NCBI GenBank assembly: GCA_001567355.1
Contig: JYNZ01000006.1
Span: forward strand, 18,109-82,108
DNA from: a candidate division WS6 bacterium OLB20
GTDB lineage: Bacteria; Patescibacteriota; Dojkabacteria; B142; OLB20
Length of the DNA: 64,000 nucleotides
Direction of reading: 5' to 3'
The notes beneath the pieces were generated by a model. It was not told where the DNA came from, ran no database searches, and saw nothing but the letters and a program-made list of their open reading frames with translations. This document shows, in pieces, positions 9,673-18,830 of this stretch (positions are counted from its first letter, which is position 1; each line of letters opens with the position of its first letter). A program made the translations under genes and the position numbers.

Positions 9673-10254
9673 TCAGGCTGCAATCTCCTGGGCAATTACC
9701 GCAAAGTGTTTTTCCGGGTCGAGACGCCATTCAAGGACTTTGAATGTTCCCTCAAGCGCATGGCGCAATGCCGGCTCATTAAAGCGGAACGTATGCTCGG
9801 GAGCAGCTTCGTCAGAGATCTTCGATGGGACAACAAGAAACAACAGACCACCGGTTTTGAGCATGCGGTTTATCTCCTTGAGAGTATCAATAAACTCTCC
9901 GCTTGTCTGATAATGCAGGGAGTCAACTGCGATTGCCGCATCAAAAGATGCATCTCCAAATGCTTTAACCTCTTCGTGAATATCGGCAACACTTGCACGT
10001 CCGGGGAGGTTCTTCTCCATCAGCCACTTCTGAGCCAGATCGACTGCTGACGGGGAGAAATCAATACCCTGAACGTCAAAGCCCTCTTCCGCCAGCGGGA
10101 CAAGATGCCTGCCAGACCCGCAGCCCAGGTCAATCACGGTTTTTACATCGTGAGCTTTGAATACGTTTACGACAGAGGTAAGCATGGGATGCGGATCAAG
10201 ATGAAACCGCCCATGGTTGATGTAGTGTTGTTCCCAGGCAGTATATCTGTCCAT
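9673..10254 (-). CDS. Class I SAM-dependent methyltransferase
   Basis: Motif I 'VIDLGCGSGRHL', motif post-I 'VQGIDFS', 'LKTGGLLFLVV'. Confidence 0.7.
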   Translation of the reverse strand: MDRYTAWEQHYINHGRFHLDPHPMLTSVVNVFKAHDVKTVIDLGCGSGRHLVPLAEEGFDVQGIDFSPSAVDLAQKWLMEKNLPGRASVADIHEEVKAFGDASFDAAIAVDSLHYQTSGEFIDTLKEINRMLKTGGLLFLVVPSKISDEAAPEHTFRFNEPALRHALEGTFKVLEWRLDPEKHFAVIAQEIAA

Positions 10255-10472
10255 CAGAGCGAAGAAACAACAGCAATGATGATCATCGCAAGTATCGCAA
10301 CACCGAAGATAAAAATAAATCCGATCACCACATAATTGAAAAAAGGTGTCGGGTTAAGCTCTTTGTCCTCTTTTTTCTCTTCTGTTGCTGGTGGCGCGGG
10401 TACACCGGGGTCCGGCTGCAGATTTCCGTCTGCCGGCAAAGGCGGAAGGTTTTGTAAGGGATCGGTTGCCAT
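10254..10472 (-). CDS. Small Pro-rich membrane-anchored protein
   Basis: 72 aa, C-terminal TM 'FFNYVVIGFIFIFGVAILAMIIIAVV'. Its stop overlaps the methyltransferase start (TGATG). Confidence 0.35.
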   Translation of the reverse strand: MATDPLQNLPPLPADGNLQPDPGVPAPPATEEKKEDKELNPTPFFNYVVIGFIFIFGVAILAMIIIAVVSSL

Positions 10473-10548
10473 TGCTGTATATGTCTAACTGTGATCATTC
10501 TACACAATCGGGAGTTTTATTCATACCTGCAACGTATTATCATGAACT

Positions 10549-11562
10549 ATGCAGGGTTTACCGCTGATCATAATCTGTCTGCTTGGAATGCTCTCTCTGG
10601 GAGCATTGATCGTTCTTCGCTTCTGGTATCAGCGTGTACCGGTGCCAGAGCAGATCCGGGATCCTAAGCTGCTGCACATCCTGATCAGAGATACGGGAGA
10701 ATATTCGCTCGAACATACGCGTGAACTCTTTGACAGGCTTCACGATCTCATAAAGTGGCACAACAGTATCGTCAGTCTTGAGCTGATAGCGGGTGCCTAC
10801 GGGATGCATGTGATTGCAGTAACAGAGGAAAGGATTGCTGTCGAACTGCATGACCTGTTTGCTCAGTTTTATCCCGATGCGGCAATCGACAATGTCGGGG
10901 ACTACACGAGCAGTGTGCATACGACCCATAAACTCATGAGTACGGCAGAATTCGGACTGAAGCGTGAATTTGCCTATCCGGTCAGGCGTTTTGATGAATT
11001 CAGTCACGATCCCCTGGGAGCAGTTTTTGCCGTGCTGCAGAATGTAACGCTTCCTAATGAGTTCTGGCTGCAGCTTGTCCTGCGTCCTGCGCCAGATACC
11101 TGGAAACCGGCAGCCCGCAAGATGATCGGGAATACCGAGCTGGCGCATGAGCGCATGAACAGAGTGGAGCAGAAACTGCAGCAGAAAGGATTTCAGTTTA
11201 TCGTCCGCGGGCTGGTGAAATCCGACAACTTTAATGTGGCAGGCAGTTATTTTCAGGACCTGGCGGACGCATTTGGGATGTTTGATTCCCCTGACCTCAA
11301 CAGCATCGCGCAGAAGAAGCAGGGCAGGCCTGACATATCTGACCTGCTGCGTCACCTGCTGGTCGGCAGGACACTGTATGAACGGACTGACGAGGTTACC
11401 CGCTATGAACACCGCGTGCTGGATCACCTGAGTGAGGATGTGATCACACCTTCAGAGCTTGCAGGGCTCTGGCATGTGCCCGATATTGATAATCCTGTAG
11501 AACTTACACCTGGAGGGACCGAGCTTATGATCGCGCCGGGCCATGACCTGCAGGAATTATAG
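10549..11562 (+). CDS. Hypothetical N-terminally membrane-anchored protein
   Basis: 337 aa, TM 'LPLIIICLLGMLSLGALIVL'. Ends abruptly against convergent parA. Confidence 0.4.
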   Translation: MQGLPLIIICLLGMLSLGALIVLRFWYQRVPVPEQIRDPKLLHILIRDTGEYSLEHTRELFDRLHDLIKWHNSIVSLELIAGAYGMHVIAVTEERIAVELHDLFAQFYPDAAIDNVGDYTSSVHTTHKLMSTAEFGLKREFAYPVRRFDEFSHDPLGAVFAVLQNVTLPNEFWLQLVLRPAPDTWKPAARKMIGNTELAHERMNRVEQKLQQKGFQFIVRGLVKSDNFNVAGSYFQDLADAFGMFDSPDLNSIAQKKQGRPDISDLLRHLLVGRTLYERTDEVTRYEHRVLDHLSEDVITPSELAGLWHVPDIDNPVELTPGGTELMIAPGHDLQEL

Positions 11563-11587
11563 CCAGCTGTAGCAGTGACTGAAAAAA

Positions 11588-12366
11588 TCAGTCGTATCTG
11601 GAGAGAACTTCATCAGCAAGATCGCTGTATGCCTGGGCGCCTTGCGAGTTTGGGTCATACGCTTTGATGGATTTGCCGTGAGAAGGCGCTTCTGACAGAC
11701 GTACGTTGCGCGGAATAATGGTGTTGAACACTTTGTCCCCGAAGAACTTTCGCACTTCTTCGGTGACCTGTTTTGACAGGTTTGTGCGTGAGTCAAACAT
11801 CGTCAGTATCACACCTCCGATCTCAAGCCTTGAGTTGAGCCGGTTTTTAACCAGTTTGATTGTATTCATAAGCTGCCCGAGTCCCTCAAGAGCAAAGTAC
11901 TCTGCCTGCACAGGAATAAAGACCTGGTCACTTGCTGTCAGAGCATTGATGGTCAGAATACCGAGCGAGGAGGACAGTCAATCAGCACAAAATCAAAGCT
12001 TTCGCGAACGGCATCGAGCGCATTGCTTAGTATTGATTCGCGGGACATGGCAGATACAAGTTCGACCTCTGCTCCGGCAAGTTCTATCCCGGCTGGTGCA
12101 AGAAACAGATTTGGTGACGATGTAGCCAGAAATATCTCGTTGACAGTCATTGAACCGGTCAGAACGTCGTAGAGTGTATTGTCGATCTTCTTCTCCTGAC
12201 CCTCTTCTATAGTCATACCAAAACCGATGCCGGAGGTAAGATTTGACTGCGGGTCAAGATCGACAAGCAGCACCTTTTTACCTTTTTCAGCCAGAAACAC
12301 GCCAAGGTTGATCGCTGTTGTCGTTTTGCCCACGCCTCCTTTTTGGTTTGCTACTGCTATGATCAT
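11588..12366 (-). pseudogene. parA: ParA/Soj partition ATPase interrupted by 1-nt frameshift (ORFs 11953..12366 and 11588..11911)
   Basis: N-terminal part 'IAVANQKGGVGKTTTAINLG' (deviant Walker A) ends '...[10 protein letters not shown]'. An alternative frame continues '[32 protein letters not shown]...' into the second ORF. One base appears to be missing near 11966-11970. Confidence 0.8.
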
Positions 12367-13022
12367 TCTCTGGATGATAGTTCCTCGTATTCGCCCTGTC
12401 TTATGATACCAAATTTAGCTACGGGCCAGTATCTGAAGAATACACGGCCCTTAAGCATACTGCGGGGAACAAAACCTACTTCTGCAAATCTTGAATCTTT
12501 TGAGTTTTCGCGGTTATCTCCCATCAGAAAGTAATGACCTTCGGGTACTACAAGTTCTTCGCCTTCTTCCATAAAGGCCTGTCCCTGAAAGGGAACGCGT
12601 GTCCTTGTTGTCTTGGGGATGTATTTCTCGTCAAGTTCGCTGCCGTTTACAAATACGCCGTTATCTTCGATCCTGATTGTATCTCCGCCAACCGCAATGA
12701 TTCTTTTTATCAGGTCTGTCCCTTTGTTGTTGAAAATCACAACATCACCTCTGCGGTAGTTGTAGTCGACTCCCAGAGTGTTGGCCACCTGGCTGCCGCC
12801 AAACCACTCGATCACTTTGTTGGTAAGCAACAGCTCCTGATCCTGAAAGTTCGGTTCCATTGACTGACCGTCAACCTGATTCGGAATTGCAATCAGCATA
12901 TAAATGAACACGCTGATCAGCAGGGCAATGATGACTGTCTGGACTATGTCAACAAAGAATGCCCGGATCTTGTCTTCGGGCTTGTAGAATGATGGATTTA
13001 CGGTTGGTTGTGGTCCCAGCAT
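12363..13022 (-). CDS. lepB: Signal peptidase I
   Basis: Catalytic 'GQSMEPN' (Ser), 'IKRIIAVGGD' (Lys), 'GDNRENSKDSR' box; N-terminal TM. Confidence 0.9.
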   Translation of the reverse strand: MLGPQPTVNPSFYKPEDKIRAFFVDIVQTVIIALLISVFIYMLIAIPNQVDGQSMEPNFQDQELLLTNKVIEWFGGSQVANTLGVDYNYRRGDVVIFNNKGTDLIKRIIAVGGDTIRIEDNGVFVNGSELDEKYIPKTTRTRVPFQGQAFMEEGEELVVPEGHYFLMGDNRENSKDSRFAEVGFVPRSMLKGRVFFRYWPVAKFGIIRQGEYEELSSRE

Positions 13023-13058
13023 GATGCTTGCTAAGTATACCCGCTAATCAGGTGCCGA

Positions 13059-13718
13059 TCAATCAGGCGACACATTTGTCTTGCCGCGTCCTATAAGTCC
13101 AAAGCGGTCAGGTGGCCAGTAGCGGATAAACACACGACCAGACAGCTGTTCGCGTTTCAAAAAGCCGATATCAGCAAATCTCGAGTCCTTGCTGTTGGGA
13201 CGGTTATCGCCTAACACAAAATATGTGCCCTCTGGTACAACCGTATCCACCCCTTCAGGGAATGTTGCCTGCGAGAAGGGCATGGCGGTAGGCTTTTGCG
13301 AGGGATCAATATATTCCTCGTCGAGCAGGATGCCGTTCAGGTAGACACGACCCCCCTCGATCCTGACAGTATCGCCGCCGATTGCAACAATACGTTTGAT
13401 CAGTGATATCTCTCCAAAAGGAAACACAACCACATCGCCACGACCGTAGTCATAACCCTGGGCCTGACCGAAACCGGTTGTTCCGACCATGTTGATGATT
13501 TTGTCGGTAAACAGCTGCTCCTTGTCCAGAAAGTTGGGTTCCATTGACTGCCCGTCTACCTGGTTTGGCAACAGTATCACAAGATAAAGCAGTACAAAAA
13601 CCACCAGAACTACAGCGATTACCTGAAGGACACTGATTATTCTGCTGCCAGCTCCTGATTTTGCGGATTCCGTATAAAAGTATTCATTTGTTTTAACTTC
13701 TGTAGCCATGTTCTTCAT
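13059..13718 (-). CDS. lepB: Signal peptidase I (second, tandem paralog)
   Basis: 'GQSMEPN', 'IKRIVAIGGD', 'GDNRPNSKDSR'; same architecture as the neighbour, about 45% identical by eye. Confidence 0.9.
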   Translation of the reverse strand: MKNMATEVKTNEYFYTESAKSGAGSRIISVLQVIAVVLVVFVLLYLVILLPNQVDGQSMEPNFLDKEQLFTDKIINMVGTTGFGQAQGYDYGRGDVVVFPFGEISLIKRIVAIGGDTVRIEGGRVYLNGILLDEEYIDPSQKPTAMPFSQATFPEGVDTVVPEGTYFVLGDNRPNSKDSRFADIGFLKREQLSGRVFIRYWPPDRFGLIGRGKTNVSPD

Positions 13719-13883
13719 TGACCTTATTCAATCATGAACCATTATTACTGTATTATCAAGCGCACTCAGTCAGAAGCCAAAACGCGCCCGATACCAGTTT
13801 TGCAGCTGTGCTTCTCCTCCTGCTGCCAGCATGGCTCCGGGACCCGGATCTCTATTAAGATCAACGACCTGCTGCAGCCGGGC

Positions 13884-13904
13884 AAAAAAGACCCGGTCCG
13901 GGTC
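13884..13904 (-). terminator. Putative rho-independent terminator downstream of ileS (stem GACCCGG/CCGGGTC followed by T6 on the minus strand)
   Basis: Plus-strand 'aaaaaagacccggtccgggtc' reads on the minus strand as a perfect 7-bp inverted repeat followed by TTTTTT, about 110 nt after the ileS stop. Confidence 0.45.
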
Positions 13905-14015
13905 GTTCATCACGAATGATTGTAGTAAGTTTTGATCATGTTGATTTTGTGCTGCAGCCAATCTAACAGCTGTCCGGGATGGCTGTCAATCACATTGCGG
14001 TCGCGGATAGCAGGC

Positions 14016-17000
14016 TTACCTGCGAAGGTTTACGGAAACATGTGCGCCGTTTACTTCAATAGTTTTCCAGCCATCAGTGGAGTCCTTGCTGACGCTGACA
14101 ACAGCACCTGTACCAGCTTCGATATCTGCTTTCAGCAGGTCGAGGACAATCAGCATATCCCTGTCTTCAGTTGCAACGTCCATCTGCAGTGTCTCGCCCA
14201 TGTCAAAGCCTGATTTTTTACGCAGGTTCTGGACCAGACGCACAAATTCACGCATGGTGCCCTCACGCTTCAATTCTTCTGTGAGGTTGAAATCCATGGC
14301 TATCTGAATATTGCTCTGCTCATGTGCTGCTGTCTCCCAGCCCGGTGCGGCTGTGATCTCTTTTTCTTCGTCAACCGTTTTTACATTCAGCTCATCCTGA
14401 ACAAGTTCTTTCATCCAGGCTTCAAACTCATAGTCGCGTGACGGTTCGCTGTCAGACTTAACTTCCAGCTCGCTCAGCGGCTGACGGACCTTGACACCAT
14501 GCTTGACGCGTAAGGCCTGTCCGAGTGCGACTACATCCCGCACATGCTGCATCTGCATCATCAGTTTGTCTGATTGTTCCAGCAGTTCTACGTCAACCTC
14601 GGGATAATCAGTCAGGTGGACTGATTCGCTTGCATCAAGCACCTTGCCGGTGACCAGATTGCCGTACATGGCTTCGGCCAGAAATGGTGTAAACGGAGCG
14701 ATCAGTTTTGTAAATTCTGTCAGAACAAAGTAGAGCGTGTCCAGCGCCTGCTGATCGCCGTCTGCAAACCGGTCGCGCGATCTGCGGATATACCATTTTG
14801 AGAGATCAGAGAGAAACTCCGGCAGTTCACGCACCGCAGCCGGAAGATTGTACTCATCCATGCGGATGCGCACGTCACGGACTGCAAGCTGCAGCCGGGC
14901 GATTATCCACTGGTCCAGCTTGCTCTCGATAGTTTTAAACGGAACGGTGTCGGTTATCTCTTCATCAGAGTTCTCATCATCCACTGCCAGGTTGTCTGCC
15001 GGCACCCAGTTGTGCATGTTGGCATAGGTGACAAAGAACGAATAACTGTTCCAGAGCGGCAGGATAAAGCTTTTCATCTGTTCGACGAGTCCCTGCTCGT
15101 TGATCAGCATATCGTCGCCAACCATGATGGGAGAACCCATCAGGTAAAGTCGCAGGGATTCAGCCCCGTACTGCTCAAGAACGCCTCTCGGGTCGGGGTA
15201 ATTGCCATAGCTCTTGCTCATTTTGCGGCCATCGGTGCCAAAAATGATGCCGGTGGTAACCACGTTTTTGAATGAGGGTTTCTGCATCAGGGCCGTTGAG
15301 AGTACATGCATGACATAAAACCATGCACGCGTCTGACCGATATACTCAACAATGTAGTCAGCAGGGTAGGACGCTTCAAACTGTTCTTTATTCTCAAACG
15401 GATAATGCTTTTGAGCGTAGGGCATTGATGCGCTGTCCATCCATACATCAAGTACCTCGGCTACACGCTTCAGCTCGCCCTTTTCACCCTTGAGTGTGAT
15501 GTCATCGATCATGGGACGGTGCAGGTCTAGCATCCTGTCACCGACAAAGAACATTGTGACGGTGCCAGTGTACGGCACATCCATGGCAAGTGTCTCTTTA
15601 AGGTTTCTGCCCTCGACAATATGCCGGATTATTGCGATCCGTTCTCCATGGGTAGCAACAAGGATATATTTGCCCTCGTGTGCTTTTAGAAATTCGGACA
15701 GGCCATCCTCGGTCTGTTTGATTATCTGTTTGTAGGCGGCGCGGAGATCTTCTTCAGCAATGTCACTGATCCATTTTGCCTCAGGATGTTTTTCAAGCAG
15801 ATCCGCTTCGATGCGTTCGTACTCCTCGCGCATCGGAATAGTACCGAACACATCCTCAGTGAGCACTTCCTTCCCTTGCATCTGTGCCAGCTCCTCAACT
15901 GTCTGCTGTGCTCTCCGGGTGTCAGAGGCTACGATCAGATCAAACGCCTCATCTTTCATTGTTGTGTTGAATGATTCGACCTGCGCCCAGCCTTCATCAT
16001 TCAGTTTGCCGTCTGCAGCTGATTTGTCACGGGATGCATGCCGGACAAAAACCACCTTGGTGATCTTTTGTGTGGAATGTTCGCGCAGCTCATCACGCGA
16101 ACCGATAACCTTGCGTTCGACCACCGTGCCTTTTTCTTCAAGCTGCCAGACTGGCAGCGGTGTCCCCCAGAAACGTGTGCGGGAAATTCCCCAGTCGGGA
16201 GCGGTCTCGATACCTTTTGCAAACCGTCCGTACTTGAGGTGATCAGGTACCCAGTTGATCTGTTCGTTGAACCTGAGAAGATCGTCGCGGATGTCCTTGA
16301 TGCTGATAAACCATGAATGCTGTGCCTTGTGGATCAGCGGGACACCTGACCTCGGACTGAAAGGATAGCGGTGTGTGATCCGTTCTGACTTAAACAGCAG
16401 TGAACGTTCTTTCAGGTCGGCAAGAATCAGATCGTCAGCCTCTTTAATATAAATACCCTGCCAGCGCGGGACAGCCTCGGTGTATTTGCCTTCATCGCTG
16501 ATGACATCAGCAGCGATGTCGAGATTGTTTGCCAGTCCCATCTCTGTGTCAATGTCTCCAAAACCGGGAGCGGAGTGCACAATACCGACTCCTTCCTTCA
16601 TATGTACCATGCCCTCATACGCGTATACTTTATGGTCGTTTGGACCTGAAGCAATAAAATCAAATGGCGGTTCATAGCTGAGGCCGAGCAGTTTAGTGCC
16701 TTTGAATGTCTCAACCGCTTCGGCATCCATACCTGCAAGTACAGTTTCGGCACGTTTTTCTGCAAGGATGACTTCATCGACACGTGCTGCCTCTGTATAG
16801 TCGTGCGTTTTCTGAACATGTTTTTCGTTAATCGCATTGACCTGTTCGATGGTCATGTCGGCAATCTGCGGCGGATGAACACCCGGCGAGTCAGTAACTT
16901 CCTTGCCAAACCAGGCGGGAGCTGCAAACTCGTTGGCCATACGCGGGCTGGGGAATTCAACCTCTGCAACGATCAGTCCCTGCAGGTTGTTCTGGTAGAC

Positions 17001-18134
17001 ATCAATCTCGGCAGTCAGGTCGTTTTCGAGCGGGAGATAATAGCGTGTCTTTACAACTTTTTTCGTTGATTTTTTTATCAGCTCGACATATTCATCTTTG
17101 GTCAGTTCATCAGTCTTTTCGATCAGACTGCCTGTGGCCGATTTGTCTCCGGCGTAATACTTGCGGGTAAATGTATAACTGTCGTCAAGCTTGCGGATGC
17201 GAACGTCTTTAAGCTCAAGTCCTGACTCGTCACGGTAGTCCTCAAGATAGGCCTGGGTGATTTGCGACTTTTTAAGTTTTTTTGCATCCTCAGGCAGCTG
17301 TGATAGCAGCCAGGCGCGTTCGATTTCACTGTCGGAACGTGTCACACGATAGAGCGTATAGTCTTCCTGTGGATCTATTACCAGAGCCTTGTTTGCCGGC
17401 AGAGTCCAGGGGGTTGTTGTCCACGCAAGGATGCTTTTACCGTTAAACCGTCCCTCGGAGATGACCGGGAATCTGACGGTGATAGCCGGATCCTCAACAT
17501 CCATGTAGGAGTTATCCATGGCTATCTCGAAGTTGGAGATCGGCGTGCCGAGCACTGTGTCGTAAAGTGAAGTTCTGATGCCTTCGTAGATCAGGTTTTT
17601 GTCGTACAGCTGCTTGAAATTCCACATGACCGACTCCATATAGTCCTGATCCATCGTCTTGTAGCTGTTGTTGAAGTCGACCCAGCGACCGATCTTGTCA
17701 ATGTACCACTGCCATTCTGCTGACGTGTTTCGGGTGTACGTGTAGCACTGCTCGATAAACTTATCGATTCCAAATTCTTCAACCTCACGGCGGTTTTTTA
17801 TTCCAAGTTCTTTCTCGACTTTGGTTTCGATTGGCATGCCATGACAATCCCAGCCCCAGACACGTTCAACTCGCTTGCCGCGCATTGTCTGATACCGCGG
17901 AACGACATCCTTGGCAATGCTTCCGAGCAGATGTCCGTAATGTGGGAGACCGGTGATAAACGGAGGACCGTCATAAAAGACATAACTGTTTGCGGGGTCA
18001 CGCTGCTGAACCGATTTTTCAAAGATGTTGTGTTCCTTCCAGAATGCGGTAATGGAGTCTTCAAGTTCAGGAAAATTCTGTTTCGGATTTACTGGTTCAA
18101 ACATTTCGGTACAGCGATGTAAAAAACTGAACAA
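14016..18134 (-). CDS. ileS: Isoleucine--tRNA ligase with two large inserted domains (CYTH-like; histidine-phosphatase-like)
   Basis: HIGH 'PHYGHLL', editing-domain 'WTTTPWTLPAN', 'GRKMSKSYGNYPDP' KMSKS. 1372 aa, about 350 aa longer than typical IleS. Confidence 0.92.
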   Translation of the reverse strand: MFSFLHRCTEMFEPVNPKQNFPELEDSITAFWKEHNIFEKSVQQRDPANSYVFYDGPPFITGLPHYGHLLGSIAKDVVPRYQTMRGKRVERVWGWDCHGMPIETKVEKELGIKNRREVEEFGIDKFIEQCYTYTRNTSAEWQWYIDKIGRWVDFNNSYKTMDQDYMESVMWNFKQLYDKNLIYEGIRTSLYDTVLGTPISNFEIAMDNSYMDVEDPAITVRFPVISEGRFNGKSILAWTTTPWTLPANKALVIDPQEDYTLYRVTRSDSEIERAWLLSQLPEDAKKLKKSQITQAYLEDYRDESGLELKDVRIRKLDDSYTFTRKYYAGDKSATGSLIEKTDELTKDEYVELIKKSTKKVVKTRYYLPLENDLTAEIDVYQNNLQGLIVAEVEFPSPRMANEFAAPAWFGKEVTDSPGVHPPQIADMTIEQVNAINEKHVQKTHDYTEAARVDEVILAEKRAETVLAGMDAEAVETFKGTKLLGLSYEPPFDFIASGPNDHKVYAYEGMVHMKEGVGIVHSAPGFGDIDTEMGLANNLDIAADVISDEGKYTEAVPRWQGIYIKEADDLILADLKERSLLFKSERITHRYPFSPRSGVPLIHKAQHSWFISIKDIRDDLLRFNEQINWVPDHLKYGRFAKGIETAPDWGISRTRFWGTPLPVWQLEEKGTVVERKVIGSRDELREHSTQKITKVVFVRHASRDKSAADGKLNDEGWAQVESFNTTMKDEAFDLIVASDTRRAQQTVEELAQMQGKEVLTEDVFGTIPMREEYERIEADLLEKHPEAKWISDIAEEDLRAAYKQIIKQTEDGLSEFLKAHEGKYILVATHGERIAIIRHIVEGRNLKETLAMDVPYTGTVTMFFVGDRMLDLHRPMIDDITLKGEKGELKRVAEVLDVWMDSASMPYAQKHYPFENKEQFEASYPADYIVEYIGQTRAWFYVMHVLSTALMQKPSFKNVVTTGIIFGTDGRKMSKSYGNYPDPRGVLEQYGAESLRLYLMGSPIMVGDDMLINEQGLVEQMKSFILPLWNSYSFFVTYANMHNWVPADNLAVDDENSDEEITDTVPFKTIESKLDQWIIARLQLAVRDVRIRMDEYNLPAAVRELPEFLSDLSKWYIRRSRDRFADGDQQALDTLYFVLTEFTKLIAPFTPFLAEAMYGNLVTGKVLDASESVHLTDYPEVDVELLEQSDKLMMQMQHVRDVVALGQALRVKHGVKVRQPLSELEVKSDSEPSRDYEFEAWMKELVQDELNVKTVDEEKEITAAPGWETAAHEQSNIQIAMDFNLTEELKREGTMREFVRLVQNLRKKSGFDMGETLQMDVATEDRDMLIVLDLLKADIEAGTGAVVSVSKDSTDGWKTIEVNGAHVSVNLRR

Positions 18135-18139
18135 TTATA

Positions 18140-18331
18140 TCACCCGTTGCGATCCTTTGTGCCGCGTTCGCGCAGGTAGCGAACGACCTCTGCGATCACA
18201 GCAAGCAGTAGAACACCTGCATCGTCAATCAGGCCAATCGGACCAAACAGGTCAGGAAGAATGTCGATCGGCCAGATCAGATAAATCAGTGAGACGATCA
18301 GTACAAAATATCGTTTGAGAAATGACAGCAT
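18140..18331 (-). CDS. Small membrane protein, DUF1232/YkvA-like
   Basis: 'PIDILPDLFGPIGLIDD' matches the DUF1232 signature. Confidence 0.5.
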   Translation of the reverse strand: MLSFLKRYFVLIVSLIYLIWPIDILPDLFGPIGLIDDAGVLLLAVIAEVVRYLRERGTKDRNG

Positions 18332-18342
18332 AGCTGATTATA

Positions 18343-18528
18343 ATGCCGGTAGTGTATAGTAGCAAAACTGTAAATACCGACGAGATGATCGCCGGATACA
18401 AAAAGAGCTGGCTGATCGAGCAGAAAAAACAGCCCTGTCCCCAGTGCGGTGGTCTTATCGGTAACATCAACGGGACCAGGGATGCCGTCTGCAAAAATTG
18501 CGGTTTTAAAGATCCGTGTTGCGAGTAA
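18343..18528 (+). CDS. Small zinc-ribbon protein
   Basis: Two CxxC pairs ('CPQCGG', 'CKNCGF'). Confidence 0.4.
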   Translation: MPVVYSSKTVNTDEMIAGYKKSWLIEQKKQPCPQCGGLIGNINGTRDAVCKNCGFKDPCCE

Positions 18529-18549
18529 TTACTTATTAATCACACCTCC

Positions 18550-18828
18550 ATGGCAGATGACAAAAATCAGGACTTTGACGAGACATACGACGAAGACGCT
18601 GACCCCTCACAGGAGGAGGACGGTTTTTACGCTGACGATGTTCAGGCAGCTGCGATTGCAGATAACAATATGGACCCTGACGAGCTTGAAGAGGATGACG
18701 ATCTCGAGGTGACCAGTGGCGAGATGGAGATCGGGGATCTTGATGATGACAGCATGGTAGCAGAGGGTGACGATGATGAAAGTTACGATGAAGAGAGCGT
18801 ACCGGCAGGAGATAACGTACTGGGATAA
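18550..18828 (+). CDS. Highly acidic small protein (about 45% Asp/Glu)
   Basis: 92 aa 'MADDKNQDFDETYDEDADPSQEEDGFYADD...'; strong compositional bias, no motif. Confidence 0.4.
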   Translation: MADDKNQDFDETYDEDADPSQEEDGFYADDVQAAAIADNNMDPDELEEDDDLEVTSGEMEIGDLDDDSMVAEGDDDESYDEESVPAGDNVLG

Positions 18829-18830
18829 CT

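Noticed and set aside
8571-9743. 390-aa plus-strand ORF antisense to parB
   Set aside because: Ser/Arg/Cys-rich low-complexity translation typical of the antisense of a real gene; parB on the minus strand is strongly supported.
10558-11427. 289-aa minus-strand ORF antisense to the 10549..11562 gene
   Set aside because: No motifs. The plus-strand ORF has a convincing N-terminal TM and a start context. The antisense ORF was kept only as an alternative.
13734-13961. Small ORFs in the lepB-ileS intergenic region
   Set aside because: The region contains the ileS terminator hairpin, and the ORFs lack coding character.
18520-18552. 'CACCTCC' immediately upstream of the acidic-protein ATG
   Set aside because: This is the anti-SD sequence, not an SD (GGAGG), so it cannot act as a ribosome-binding site. 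Coincidental.
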